From an uncultured Clostridium sp. (GTDB lineage: Bacteria; Bacillota; Clostridia; Ch29), in contig CAZVBE010000002.1 in assembly GCA_964625335.1 (NCBI GenBank), positions 36,689 to 100,688 on the forward strand: DNA of 64,000 nt. Direction: 5' to 3'. This document shows, piece by piece, positions 29,306 through 39,817 of the stretch (position 1 is its first letter; every line of letters starts with the position of its first letter). Made by a program: the position numbers and the translations under genes. Under the pieces are notes generated by a model. The model was not told the DNA's origin. It worked only from the letters and a program-made list of their open reading frames with translations, and ran no database searches.

Positions 29306-32300
29306 ATGATGAAAAAAAAGCTATTATGTATTTTGGGATTTTTATTATTCTTTGTTCTTATTAAACCTGTTTTTGCTTCCGGATCAGGTATCATAACCTT
29401 TAAATATGATGATTTTGCAAATCCCGGTTTAATTAAACTGGATGGTACGGATGGTTATGCCAGAATAATACACGATTCTTCTACAGGGAAAGATGTGATT
29501 AGGCTGACTCCTGCAGATAGTATTACAGCTGTCAGAGGTACTGCGTATTATAAAAATTATGTTTCTCTTGCAAACGATCGCTCTTTCAGTACTTATTTTA
29601 CTTTTAAAATAATTCCGATTGGCGAGGGTGCAGATGGTATTGTCTTTATATTAAATAACGATACCAACGAATTAGGTGGCGGTGGTGGCGGCATGGGGTA
29701 TGCCAATATGGATAATAGCATAGGTATTGAATTTGATACCTACGATAATAGCTACAATTGGGGGGGAGGTACGCCTTCCAATACGTATGGGGATGACGGA
29801 CTTGGTAATGGGCGGTATGGATTTAGTCATATGGCTGTCAATGTTAATGGTGATATCGATAAGCCGGTTGCTACTGCTTCTAATACGCAAATAGCCGATT
29901 ATACCGGCGAACCATGTAATTTCAAGAATGGACAATTACATCATGTGTGGATTGATTACGATGGCCCAAATTCTACTATAGAAGTGCGAATAAGCAAGGA
30001 TATAAACAGGCCTGATGAGGCTCTTATTACTTATGATGATCTTGACCTTAATAATATTTTGAAGCAAGACGAAGTTTATGTGGGATTTTCTGCATCAACC
30101 GGCGGAAGCAAGGAATCCCATGATATTTACCAGTGGTATTTTAATAATGATTTTACCCCTATAGACACAGCAGATAAAACTTATGTCTCTGCGCCATCAG
30201 TTAGTCTAACTGCTACTCCCGTTACTGATATAGAAACCACTCTTACTGCTGTATTGACAAACGCTGACGGTTCTTTGTCGCCCAATGAACAAGTGGCGTT
30301 TAGCACAAATTTAGGAACGCTTAGTGATACATCAGCTACTACTAATGAAGATGGCGAAGCAAGTGTTACCTTGATAAATGATACTAATGGCGGGGCTTAT
30401 GTCAAAGCAGCAGCAGCATACGGGGCTTATGATGAAGTTATAATGCCGCCCAATGTGCCGACACTTGAAGTCAGTACCACCACTTCCATTACCCTTTCCC
30501 CGATAGTTGATGCCGAATATAAAATGGATGATGGAGAGTGGCAGGACAGTAATCACTTTTCTGATCTTTCTATGAATACCGAGTACACATTTTATGCCAG
30601 AATGAAGGAAACCCCAACAAGTGCAGCGTCAATCGAAACCACCGGTGTAACTTTTGCGACATTGCCATATACAGTTACCTATAAAGGAAATGGTAATACA
30701 GGTGGCACAGCACCCAATGATTCCAGTCAATATGAATATGGAGCAACTGTAACTGTATTAGGACAGGGTGATCTGGAAAGGGCTGGTTATACATTTTCTG
30801 GTTGGGCTACCAATGCTGACGGAACCGGAACCACATATAAAGAAGATGATACTTTTTCTATGGGATCAGGAAATATTAACCTCTGGGCTAAATGGATAAT
30901 CAATGGGTACACTGTAACCTTCCTGGATCATGATGGAACACAATTAAAAACAGAAACAGTAGCACATGGAAACAGTGCAACGGCACCGGATGCTCCGACA
31001 AGAGAAGGTTATACCTTTACAGGCTGGGACAAAGCGTATGATAACGTAATATCTGATTTGGAGGTAACAGTCCAATACAATATTAATGAATACAAAGTAA
31101 GTTTCGCAAGTACTGGTGGAAGTGCAGTTGATTTCATCAAAGCGGATTATGGAACAACTATAACGGAACCAACAGTGCCATCAAAAGAAGGTTATACCTT
31201 TGGAGGTTGGTATAAGGAAGCGGGATTAATAAACCGGTGGAATTTTGAGAGCGATACAATTCCCGCAGAGGATATATCTCTATATGCGAAATGGGATACA
31301 GTTGACTATAGTATTACCTACAATCTTGATGGTGGGGCAAATAACGGAATCAATCCGTCAAGCTATACAATAGAAACTGATACAATAACCCTGTGTACAC
31401 CGACCAGGACCGGATACACATTTCTAGGGTGGTATGATGCACAGACAGATGGCAATAAGATATCAGATATAGTGAAAGGCAGCACCGGCGACAAGACTTT
31501 GTGGGCACGATGGATATCCAATGAAAGCCTCTGGATATCTGTTAACCCTGACATAGTTGCCGGCAGCATTAACTTTAGCCAGGAATTTGAACTAGCCCTC
31601 AATAATGATACAGTGGCAGGAACAGTTTATGCATCTGACATAACCCTTGGGGGTGTATTTGCAGGACTGGATATATCAGCGGTTGATAATACAAGCACAA
31701 CAGTTACTGCAGAGGTTTATGGTAACCTGAATAGCGAAGGGACAGGTACAATCACATTAAACGGCAGCAGGCTTAAAATAAGTACGAACGCATTAGCATC
31801 AGAAGTAACAGTTGGCCTTAATAAGGTAACCTATGACAGTAACGAAAGTACAGGGGGAAGCGTACCAACCGACAATAATAAATATGCACAAGAAGCAAGT
31901 GTTACAGTGCTTGGTAACATAGGCGGTTTAGAAAAAAGAGGATATAGTTTTGATGGATGGAATACAAAAAGTGATGGAAGTGGATATTCCTATAAAGCTG
32001 ATGATGTATTTAGTATGGGCGCAAACAATGTAAACTTGTACGCAATATGGAAACCGGCTATAGTAACGCGTCATAGGCCGTCAAGCAGAGGAAGTAGTAA
32101 TACGCCTTCGGCAGAAATACTCATCAATGGAAAAACAGAGGCTGCGGCTACTTCCAGTACAAAAACAGTTGATGATAAAACTGTTACGACTGTAGCATTA
32201 GACGACAGGATAGTAGAAGAAAAGCTTCAAAATGAAGGCAATAACGCTATGGTGACCATACCTGTCAAAAATACTTCAGATATAGTGATTGGACAGCTAA

Positions 32301-33358
32301 ATGCGCAGACCGTTAAAAATATGGAGGAGAAGGAGGGCGCACTGGAAATAAAAACCTGGAACGTGACTTATACGATTCCGGCATCGCAGATAAATATTGA
32401 TAAGGTTTCAGAACAGATTGGCAGAGAGGTTGCATTAGATGACATTTTAGTCAATATAGAAATATCCGTTCCGCCCGACGAAACAGTAGAAATTATTGAG
32501 GATACGTCAAACGCCGGCGGCTTTATGCTTGTGGCGGAGCCGGTGGGGTTTGAAATCAACTGTAGGTATGGAGACAGGGCTGTGGAGGTGTCGAGATTTA
32601 ACAGCTATGTGGAGCGCACCATTGCCATCCCTGAAGGGGCTGATACTTCAAAGATTACCACCGCCGTAGTGTTGAATCCTGACGGAAGCTTTTCCCATGT
32701 TCCGACAGCTATTGTTGAAATCGAAGGTAAATACTATGCAAAAATCAACAGCTTGACTAACAGCATCTACTCTGTCATCTATAATCCCAAGATATTCAAG
32801 GATGTTGAAAATCACTGGGCAAAAGATGCAGTGAACGATATGGGCTCAAGATTGGTTATCAGTGGAGTTGGTAAAGACAGGTTTGAGCCGGACAGGAATA
32901 TCACAAGAGCAGAGTTTACAGTAGTTGTAGTCAGGGCACTTGGTCTTATGCAGTATGAAACCGGAGAGGATGTCTTCAACGATGTTCCGAATAATGCATG
33001 GTATCACGATGCAGTTTCAGCAGCCTATGAATATGGCATAATAACCGGTTACGGAGACGGAAGGTTCGACCCTAACGACAAGATAACCCGCGAACAGGCT
33101 TTTACCATGATATCAAGAGCAATGAACATTACCAGACAAAAAGTTGAATTTCCATCCGGCGAGGTCGAAAAGCTTCTTGCAGGCTTCAGGGATTCTGACA
33201 AATCGGCAGCTTATGCGAAAAACAGTATTGCTTCATGCATTAAATCCGGAATTGTTTCCGGCAGGAATGGCAATCTGATAGCCCCAACAGATAACATCAC
33301 CAGGGCGGAAACTGCGGTGATGGTCAGAAGGCTGCTGCAGAAATCGAATTTGATATAA
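29306..33358 (+). CDS. S-layer homology surface protein with N-terminal legume-lectin-like domain, Ig-like region, Flg_new (Listeria-Bacteroides) repeats and three C-terminal SLH domains
   Basis: Signal peptide, then a concanavalin-like lectin region. At least five YTF[ST]GW..DGTG..Y..DD repeats follow. Three SLH repeats are present (FKDVENHWAKDAVNDM.., FNDVPNNAWYHDAVSAAYEYGIITGY.., FRDSDKSAAYAKNSIA..). Confidence 0.85.
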   Translation: MMKKKLLCILGFLLFFVLIKPVFASGSGIITFKYDDFANPGLIKLDGTDGYARIIHDSSTGKDVIRLTPADSITAVRGTAYYKNYVSLANDRSFSTYFTFKIIPIGEGADGIVFILNNDTNELGGGGGGMGYANMDNSIGIEFDTYDNSYNWGGGTPSNTYGDDGLGNGRYGFSHMAVNVNGDIDKPVATASNTQIADYTGEPCNFKNGQLHHVWIDYDGPNSTIEVRISKDINRPDEALITYDDLDLNNILKQDEVYVGFSASTGGSKESHDIYQWYFNNDFTPIDTADKTYVSAPSVSLTATPVTDIETTLTAVLTNADGSLSPNEQVAFSTNLGTLSDTSATTNEDGEASVTLINDTNGGAYVKAAAAYGAYDEVIMPPNVPTLEVSTTTSITLSPIVDAEYKMDDGEWQDSNHFSDLSMNTEYTFYARMKETPTSAASIETTGVTFATLPYTVTYKGNGNTGGTAPNDSSQYEYGATVTVLGQGDLERAGYTFSGWATNADGTGTTYKEDDTFSMGSGNINLWAKWIINGYTVTFLDHDGTQLKTETVAHGNSATAPDAPTREGYTFTGWDKAYDNVISDLEVTVQYNINEYKVSFASTGGSAVDFIKADYGTTITEPTVPSKEGYTFGGWYKEAGLINRWNFESDTIPAEDISLYAKWDTVDYSITYNLDGGANNGINPSSYTIETDTITLCTPTRTGYTFLGWYDAQTDGNKISDIVKGSTGDKTLWARWISNESLWISVNPDIVAGSINFSQEFELALNNDTVAGTVYASDITLGGVFAGLDISAVDNTSTTVTAEVYGNLNSEGTGTITLNGSRLKISTNALASEVTVGLNKVTYDSNESTGGSVPTDNNKYAQEASVTVLGNIGGLEKRGYSFDGWNTKSDGSGYSYKADDVFSMGANNVNLYAIWKPAIVTRHRPSSRGSSNTPSAEILINGKTEAAATSSTKTVDDKTVTTVALDDRIVEEKLQNEGNNAMVTIPVKNTSDIVIGQLNAQTVKNMEEKEGALEIKTWNVTYTIPASQINIDKVSEQIGREVALDDILVNIEISVPPDETVEIIEDTSNAGGFMLVAEPVGFEINCRYGDRAVEVSRFNSYVERTIAIPEGADTSKITTAVVLNPDGSFSHVPTAIVEIEGKYYAKINSLTNSIYSVIYNPKIFKDVENHWAKDAVNDMGSRLVISGVGKDRFEPDRNITRAEFTVVVVRALGLMQYETGEDVFNDVPNNAWYHDAVSAAYEYGIITGYGDGRFDPNDKITREQAFTMISRAMNITRQKVEFPSGEVEKLLAGFRDSDKSAAYAKNSIASCIKSGIVSGRNGNLIAPTDNITRAETAVMVRRLLQKSNLI

Positions 33359-33540
33359 CCGCGTCTTAAAAAGAGAATAGATAGCGTTTAAATAAAAGGT
33401 GTGTGAGTGTTTTAAACATACAGCATAGCATATTTTAAGTAAGAAGAAACAAAAATTTATAGAAAAAAGCAAACACGATGAAGGTAATGAGCACAAAGCT
33501 GCAACTGAAATTGGACAAAAGAATAGTAATATGGGCATAT

Positions 33541-33590
33541 AAATAACCGGCCAGGATGGTCTTTGCACATCCCGGCCGGTTATTTGTTTT
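33541..33590 (+). terminator. intrinsic terminator after the S-layer protein gene
   Basis: AAATAACCGGCC..GGCCGGTTATTT long hairpin then GTTTTT. Confidence 0.7.
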
Positions 33591-33721
33591 TGTACCGATA
33601 TTCTTTTTTTATGTTTATAACAGGTATATAACGGATATAAGTTCTTATGTGAAGAATAATTTCCCAAAATAATGATAATATTTAAAACTGCATTCAAACG
33701 ATATCTGTAAGGGGGCATACC

Positions 33722-35410
33722 ATGAAAATATCAACAAAGTTTGGCGGCATCATGCTGAGTATTGTATTGCTAACCGGATTTCTTATGATTTTTACAATTA
33801 ATTCCTTAAGTAGTATAAGCGGTATTATAAGTGAGCACCGGGACAGAAATACGCCTTTAATGATTACCTCGTTATCTTTACAAAAAGATATAATTCAGAT
33901 ACAGCAGTGGCTCACGGATATATCGGCCACCCGGGGAATGCCGGGCTTTGACGACGGGTTTGATATGGCATCGGATTACTATAATAGTGCAAAAGACAAA
34001 ATTAAAGTATTAAGGGAACTGGGAGTTGAAACTGAACTTGCAGATACTATTTCTAATGATTTGGATGAATTCTACCAGACAGGTATAGAAATGGCGAATA
34101 CATATATCGATGAGGGAACCGATGCCGGCAACATATTTATGGATATATTCGATCCCTATGCCGCAAGGATTGAAGATAGTGTCGGTGTTCTTTTGAATGA
34201 GGCGGATGAAGCTTTTAACAATGGAAACAGCATGATAGTTTTGAGTATTAATGATTTATATCAAAAATCTATAATCCTTTTCGGTATTGTTATTTTAATA
34301 AGTATCCTCTCTTTCTTTATTATTCAAAACCTTGTAATAAAACGTTTAAAAACGATGACCGGAATCTTTAAGGATATTTCAGAAGGAGAAGGGGATTTAA
34401 CCAAACGGGTTGACGTTAAATCAAAGGATGAAATCGGAAGCATGGCAGTTTATTTTAATAATTTCTCAGACACTATTCATAGAATTGTTTCTACGGTCAA
34501 AGAAGTTTCCGAAAAAGTAAGCAGGGCTTCAGAAGAGTTAACGGATAACTCTCATCACTCGGCTGCGGCTGCAGAAGAAGTGGCGCAGACCATAGACGAA
34601 ATTGCCAAGGGTGCAACAAGTCAGGCAGAAAATACTGTTGGAGGTTCCGAAGAATTGATGCATCTTGGAGAACTTATCGAAGAAAACAAAAGACACATCG
34701 AAGTATTTATGCAATTATCAAGCAGGATAAATGGACTGGTAAGCCAGGGGCTCAATATAATTGATAAACTGACATTGACGACTGAAGAAAGCAGCAGCGC
34801 GGCAAACAGTGTCTATCAGAGCATAATGAAGACCAATAAGAGTTCTGAGAAAATAAGCGAAGCAAGCAGCCTTATCACATCTATTGCAGAGCAGACAAAT
34901 CTGCTTGCATTAAATGCGGCTATTGAAGCAGCCCGGGCAGGGGAACACGGGAAGGGTTTTGCTGTGGTGGCGGAAGAAATAAGGAAGCTTGCCGAAGAGT
35001 CGACGGATTCCACAAAGGTTATTGATGATATGATAAAGAACTTGCGTCAGGACGCAGCCCAGGCGGTGGAAATCATGAAAAGGGTGGAAAAGATTCTTAA
35101 GGAGCAGTTTGAGAGTGTTAGTACCACCGAAAGCAAATACAGGGAGATTGCTGAGGAAATGGACAAGTCAAAAGAAACCGTGCAAACAATAAACCAGACC
35201 GGCATACAAATGGAACAAAAGAAGAATGGAGTGCTGGATACCATTCAAATGCTTTCATCAATAGCGGAAGAAAACGCAGCAGCAACCGAGCAGGTTTCCG
35301 CATCTATACAGGAACAAACAGCTTCCATTGAAAAAATCGCAAACGCAAGTGAAAGTCTGTCCGAGTTGTTCCGGGAGCTTCACTCGACAATCGAAAGATT
35401 TAAAGTATAA
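33722..35410 (+). CDS. methyl-accepting chemotaxis protein
   Basis: Two TM helices bracketing a periplasmic domain of about 150 aa, then HAMP and the MCP signalling domain (..[32 protein letters not shown]..). Confidence 0.85.
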   Translation: MKISTKFGGIMLSIVLLTGFLMIFTINSLSSISGIISEHRDRNTPLMITSLSLQKDIIQIQQWLTDISATRGMPGFDDGFDMASDYYNSAKDKIKVLRELGVETELADTISNDLDEFYQTGIEMANTYIDEGTDAGNIFMDIFDPYAARIEDSVGVLLNEADEAFNNGNSMIVLSINDLYQKSIILFGIVILISILSFFIIQNLVIKRLKTMTGIFKDISEGEGDLTKRVDVKSKDEIGSMAVYFNNFSDTIHRIVSTVKEVSEKVSRASEELTDNSHHSAAAAEEVAQTIDEIAKGATSQAENTVGGSEELMHLGELIEENKRHIEVFMQLSSRINGLVSQGLNIIDKLTLTTEESSSAANSVYQSIMKTNKSSEKISEASSLITSIAEQTNLLALNAAIEAARAGEHGKGFAVVAEEIRKLAEESTDSTKVIDDMIKNLRQDAAQAVEIMKRVEKILKEQFESVSTTESKYREIAEEMDKSKETVQTINQTGIQMEQKKNGVLDTIQMLSSIAEENAAATEQVSASIQEQTASIEKIANASESLSELFRELHSTIERFKV

Positions 35411-35657
35411 TGATACGCAGAAACTGAGGCGGAAGGCTGGGCAGGCAATTTTTATAAGAACAGATTTGACAAAGATTAAAAGGCATTCCAACCGAATATA
35501 TGGTTTGAAAATGGCGTCCCAAACGGGAGGCTCTTTCATGTCTGTTTTCCCATAGCTATAAAGGATCACGTCTTGATGTTTTACAAGTAGTATGATATAT
35601 ATACTTTAAATCGCTTATGAATTTTGAACCTCAAATTGACATTGAGGAGGCGTTGTA

Positions 35658-38039
35658 ATGGGAAAAGACTATTTGGAACGTATAGAATACCTGAAAAGGC
35701 GGGTAGTAAACACCAGACCCGAAATAGACCTTGAGAATGCCAGGATCCTGACAAAAAGCTTTATAGAAACCGCAGGAGAGCCTCTGGCTGTTCGTAAGGC
35801 AAAGGCATTTCGCAGGCAGTGCGAGGAAAAGACGGTTAAAATATGGGAAGAAGAGCTTATAGTCGGCTGTTCGGGAAGTAAGATGCGGGCAGGGATTTTG
35901 TGCGCCGATACATGCTGGTCGATACTTGACGATGAACTTGATACAATCAGCACCAGGAAATATGATCCGTTTTATTTAACCGACCAGGACAGAAAAACAT
36001 TTCAAGAAGAAATTAAACCCTTCTGGAAAGGACGTTCCAATTATGAAGCTTGGCAAAAACAGATTCCTGAGGATACGAAGGTTCTAAGGGATAACGGTGT
36101 GGTTTATATAAACCGCAAGGCGGTACGCGGCTGGGGCGAAACAACCGCCGGCTATAGTCAAATCATTGAAGAAGGCGTTGTGGGTATCCGCAAAAACATT
36201 GAAAAGCGGAAAGCCGGGCTGGACCTTACAGTGCCGGGGGATTATGAAAGGGACTGTTATTTGGAGGCTATGCTTATTTCGGCAGAGGGGATTGAAATTT
36301 TAGCGAAGCGGTATGCAAAAGAAGCCGAAAGGCTGGCTGTTCTTGAAGAAGACCCGGTCAGAAAAGCTGAGCTGGAGATAATCGCGAGAACATGCTATCA
36401 CGTGCCCAAGTATCCTGCGAGAACTTTCAGGGAAGCGCTTCAGTCTCTATATCTATATCAAATATGTATTTTTATGGAGCAAAACGCCGCCAGCTACAAC
36501 CCCGGAAGAATGGACCAATACCTGTATCCATATTACAAAGCCGATTTGGATGAAGGAAGGATTACCCGGGATAAGGCCCAGGAGCTGCTTGACTGTCTGT
36601 GGGTCAAGTTCAGCGAGCCGTGCCTGTTCCAGGATGCACAAACTGCGGAGTTTGCCGCCGGATATCCCATGTTCCAGAACGTATGCGTGGGCGGGGTGGA
36701 TTCTACCGGCAGAGATGCCGTGAACGATTTGTCATATATGATTTTGCAGGCGACGATGGATGTAAGGCTATACCAGCCGTCCCTGTCGGTCAGGTACAGT
36801 CTTTCAAAAAATCCGAACAAGTTTTTGAGAAAGGTGATAGAGCTTATAAGGTTAGGCACAGGATTTCCGGCGTTCCATAACGACGATATCGGAATCCGCA
36901 TGGTTATGAATAAAGGAATCCCGTTAAAAGAAGCCTACGATTGGAATCCCTGCGGCTGCGTTGAAACCAATCTGGAGGGGCGGCTGCGCCACTATACCGC
37001 TTTGGCGGATATTAATCTGGGAAGTATCATTGAATTTGTAATGCTAAACGGCCGCAACAAAAAGAGCGGATTATATATTTCTGAACAAACCGGCAATCCT
37101 GTCACGTTTAAAACCTATAAAGAGTTTGAAGACGCAGTCAAAAAACAGCTTTCCTATGCCGTACGTGCAGTTGTTAAAGGAAGCCACGTTATAGATGAGG
37201 TATGTATGGATAGGCCCGTTCCGGCACTGTCTCTTACATTCAGGGAATGTGTGGAAAAGGCAAAGGATTATGCGCACGGCGGTGCCAAATATAACACCGG
37301 CAACGGCATAATACTGATTGGAGTAGCCGATTTAATCAACAGCTTAGCCGCCGTAAAAAGTATGGTATACGATACCAAACAGGTAACTATGGAACAGCTT
37401 GTTACGGCATTAGAATCTGACTTTGAAGGATATGAACGAATCCATAAATTGTGCAAGGACGCACCGAAATACGGAAATGATGACGACACGGCAGATGATA
37501 TAGCCGGTGAAATCTTTACCTTTATTGCAGACGAGATTGAAAAATATCACAGTAAATTTGGCCGTATGACACCGGGTATTCTGCCGGTTTCGGGGAATAC
37601 GCCCTTTGGCCTGGAAGTAGGTGCACTGCCTTCGGGACGCCGCGCATGGAAACCCCTGGCGGATGGGGTAAGTCCCAATGGCGGTACTGATTTCAACGGG
37701 CCCGGAGCAGTTCTTAAATCCGTTGCCCACATTCCCCATGACCGTTTTGTACAGGGAACATTACTGAATATGAAAATAGAGCCGGCGCTGTTGGCAAGCG
37801 AAAACGGTATTATTCAGATGATGGCACTTTTAAAGAGCATGTGCAGCCTGGGTATCTTTCATGTCCAGTTCAACGTAATTGACCGCGATGTATTGATTGA
37901 GGCGCAAAAGCATCCGGAAAAGTACAAGGGGCTTTTAATCCGGGTTGCGGGATACACCGCATATTTTGTAGAGCTCGGGAAGGACGTTCAGGACGAGATT
38001 ATCGGCAGGACTGTCCAATCGGGAATTTCGGCGGGATAG
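35658..38039 (+). CDS. glycyl radical enzyme, single-Cys eliminase type (glycerol dehydratase / HypD / CutC clade), substrate unknown
   Basis: 793 aa. Gly-radical motif LIRVAGYTAYFVEL near the C-terminus. Active-site loop NPCGCVETN has Cys-x-Glu rather than the PFL Cys-Cys. Confidence 0.85.
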   Translation: MGKDYLERIEYLKRRVVNTRPEIDLENARILTKSFIETAGEPLAVRKAKAFRRQCEEKTVKIWEEELIVGCSGSKMRAGILCADTCWSILDDELDTISTRKYDPFYLTDQDRKTFQEEIKPFWKGRSNYEAWQKQIPEDTKVLRDNGVVYINRKAVRGWGETTAGYSQIIEEGVVGIRKNIEKRKAGLDLTVPGDYERDCYLEAMLISAEGIEILAKRYAKEAERLAVLEEDPVRKAELEIIARTCYHVPKYPARTFREALQSLYLYQICIFMEQNAASYNPGRMDQYLYPYYKADLDEGRITRDKAQELLDCLWVKFSEPCLFQDAQTAEFAAGYPMFQNVCVGGVDSTGRDAVNDLSYMILQATMDVRLYQPSLSVRYSLSKNPNKFLRKVIELIRLGTGFPAFHNDDIGIRMVMNKGIPLKEAYDWNPCGCVETNLEGRLRHYTALADINLGSIIEFVMLNGRNKKSGLYISEQTGNPVTFKTYKEFEDAVKKQLSYAVRAVVKGSHVIDEVCMDRPVPALSLTFRECVEKAKDYAHGGAKYNTGNGIILIGVADLINSLAAVKSMVYDTKQVTMEQLVTALESDFEGYERIHKLCKDAPKYGNDDDTADDIAGEIFTFIADEIEKYHSKFGRMTPGILPVSGNTPFGLEVGALPSGRRAWKPLADGVSPNGGTDFNGPGAVLKSVAHIPHDRFVQGTLLNMKIEPALLASENGIIQMMALLKSMCSLGIFHVQFNVIDRDVLIEAQKHPEKYKGLLIRVAGYTAYFVELGKDVQDEIIGRTVQSGISAG

Positions 38040-38088
38040 AAAAACATTACAGCTGTCCGAAAACAATAATAAAAGTAAGGAGAAAAGA

Positions 38089-38874
38089 ATGGACATATCA
38101 GGCAGAGTATTGCGGATAGAAAAAACTTCAATATATGACGGGCAGGGGCTTCGGACGGTTGTATTCCTGAAGGGGTGTCCGTTAAGGTGTAAATGGTGCT
38201 CGACGCCGGAGGCACAAAACTTCGAAGCCGAATTCGGATATGGAACAGATATGACTGTATCAGAGGTGGTTGAGGAGATTTCCAAGGATGAAATATTCTT
38301 TTTCCATTCCGGCGGCGGCGTGACCATAAGCGGCGGTGAAGTATTGGTCCAGGAGGATTTTGCAGCAGAAATACTGAAAGAATGTTTAAAAAGAGGAATT
38401 CATACTGCGATTGAATCCAGTTTCTACTCAGACTATGGACGAATTGAAAAACTAATGCCGTACCTGAAAGCTGTCTATGTGGATATAAAGCATATGGACG
38501 ATAAAGCCCACAGGGCATGGACCGGCGTTTCCAATACAAAAATCCTGGAAAACATACACCGGCTGGACCGATCGTGTTATCCTGCAGAAGTCCATGTGCG
38601 CATACCTGTTATTCCGGGGATTAATAATGGCGAGGAAAACCTGTTGGCGGTTACAGGATTTTGTCAGGGCCTTAAAAAATTACGTGATATTGAACTGCTG
38701 CCCTATCACAGGCTCGGAATCAATACTTACAAGAAAATGGGTAAAGAATATGAACTGATGGATGTGAAGCCCCCTTCAAAGGAAACCCTGCATAAGTGTG
38801 CAGAATTTATGGCAAATCACGCAAAGGGTTTAGAAATCATAGCAGGCGAAAAAGTCTTTGCGTCTAGGGATTGA
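38089..38874 (+). CDS. glycyl-radical enzyme activating enzyme (radical SAM), short PflA-like form
   Basis: CPLRCKWC radical-SAM motif at the N-terminus and a glycine-rich SAM motif (GGGVTISGGE). Only 261 aa, with no additional CxxCxxCxxxC ferredoxin insert. Confidence 0.85.
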   Translation: MDISGRVLRIEKTSIYDGQGLRTVVFLKGCPLRCKWCSTPEAQNFEAEFGYGTDMTVSEVVEEISKDEIFFFHSGGGVTISGGEVLVQEDFAAEILKECLKRGIHTAIESSFYSDYGRIEKLMPYLKAVYVDIKHMDDKAHRAWTGVSNTKILENIHRLDRSCYPAEVHVRIPVIPGINNGEENLLAVTGFCQGLKKLRDIELLPYHRLGINTYKKMGKEYELMDVKPPSKETLHKCAEFMANHAKGLEIIAGEKVFASRD

Positions 38875-39041
38875 TTTTGACCATTAAAAAGGCCGTAGTA
38901 TTCCAGCGGATTAAAAACTTAAAAAGAAGGGTTGACTCTCCGGTTAGGGGAGAGAGTAGACTTGATGTATCCGGAGAAAGTGAGGCAAGTAATATGTATC
39001 GCATTGGCCTGTTTTCAAAGATTTCAAAGACTACCGTTTTA

Positions 39042-39072
39042 CAAAACCACACCCTAAATAGTGTGGTTTTTT
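39042..39072 (+). terminator. intrinsic terminator after the activase gene
   Basis: AAAACCACAC-cctaaata-GTGTGGTTTTTT. Confidence 0.7.
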
Positions 39073-39181
39073 GTTATATGGCGGTGCATGTAATTGATAT
39101 TGATTGTTATACCGGGGCCCTGTGCCCGGTACTTAACCATAAGAATTTTATTGTCACCGGCTGTCTTTTTGACTTAGTCTA

Positions 39182-39237
39182 TTGACATGCGGCATAGAAA
39201 GTTATATATTTATAACATAAAGTTATAAATATATAAC
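39182..39237 (+). promoter_or_regulatory. promoter with overlapping inverted-repeat operator (GTTATATATTTATAAC / GTTATAAATATATAAC)
   Basis: TTGACA (39182-87), 17 nt, TATATT. Two 16-mers that are mutual reverse complements (39201-39216 and 39222-39237) cover the -10 and +1 region. Confidence 0.55.
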
Positions 39238-39242
39238 GGGAG

Positions 39243-39572
39243 ATGGTTAAATTGAAGAACAAAATTAGTTTGTTGGGGTTGTTTGGTTTTCTGGGGTTAT
39301 TGGGGCTTACAACCCAAAATCCTGGCTTTTACGGGTTTTTTGGTTTTTTTGGTTTTTTCGGGTTTGCGAAGGTTTTGCCGGATGAAATGTTCAGGCTTAA
39401 TGTCAACAAAGCGTCCAGAAACGCTTTTTTTACAGGATTAGTATTGTACCCGGCAGTTGTGGTTATAGGAGCATTTACTTCCATTTCTGCAGCTTACGCT
39501 TTTGGGTTCGCAATAAACTTTGCCGTTCAAATTCTAGTGTTCAGCATATCTTTATCAATATATGAAAGATAG
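39243..39572 (+). CDS. small polytopic membrane protein with (GFF)n repeat
   Basis: 109 aa with at least 3 hydrophobic segments. Residues 28-41 read [14 protein letters not shown], encoded by three tandem 9-bp GG(T)TTTTTT units. Confidence 0.55.
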   Translation: MVKLKNKISLLGLFGFLGLLGLTTQNPGFYGFFGFFGFFGFAKVLPDEMFRLNVNKASRNAFFTGLVLYPAVVVIGAFTSISAAYAFGFAINFAVQILVFSISLSIYER

Positions 39573-39583
39573 GTGACAGGTTG

Positions 39584-39787
39584 ATGAAAATGATAACAAA
39601 AATAAAGGAGTACAGAGCCAAAAACAACATGACGCAGGAGAATTTGGCGGCTATTGCCGGGGTCAGACGGGAAACCATAGTACACCTGGAAAACGGAAGG
39701 TATAATCCTTCCCTTAAGCTTGCTTTTGATATAGCAAAGGCGCTTAATACAACGATTGAAGAACTATTTAGTTTTGTAGAAGAATAA
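39584..39787 (+). CDS. YozG-like XRE-family HTH transcriptional regulator
   Basis: [47 protein letters not shown] matches the short Cro/C1-type YozG pattern. Confidence 0.75.
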   Translation: MKMITKIKEYRAKNNMTQENLAAIAGVRRETIVHLENGRYNPSLKLAFDIAKALNTTIEELFSFVEE

Positions 39788-39817
39788 GTAATAACTAAAC
39801 GTTTTATATTGCACTGA

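Noticed and set aside
29690-29710. GGTGGCGGTGGTGGCGGC run
   Set aside because: It encodes a GGGGGG glycine linker inside the S-layer protein, and is coding low complexity, not a repeat element.
35328-35555. 75-aa ORF after the MCP gene
   Set aside because: Begins inside the MCP coding end and runs through intergenic sequence with no RBS; judged spurious.
38871-39185. 104-aa ORF after the activase gene
   Set aside because: Spans the intrinsic terminator at 39042-39072 and promoter sequence of the next gene, so it is unlikely to be coding.
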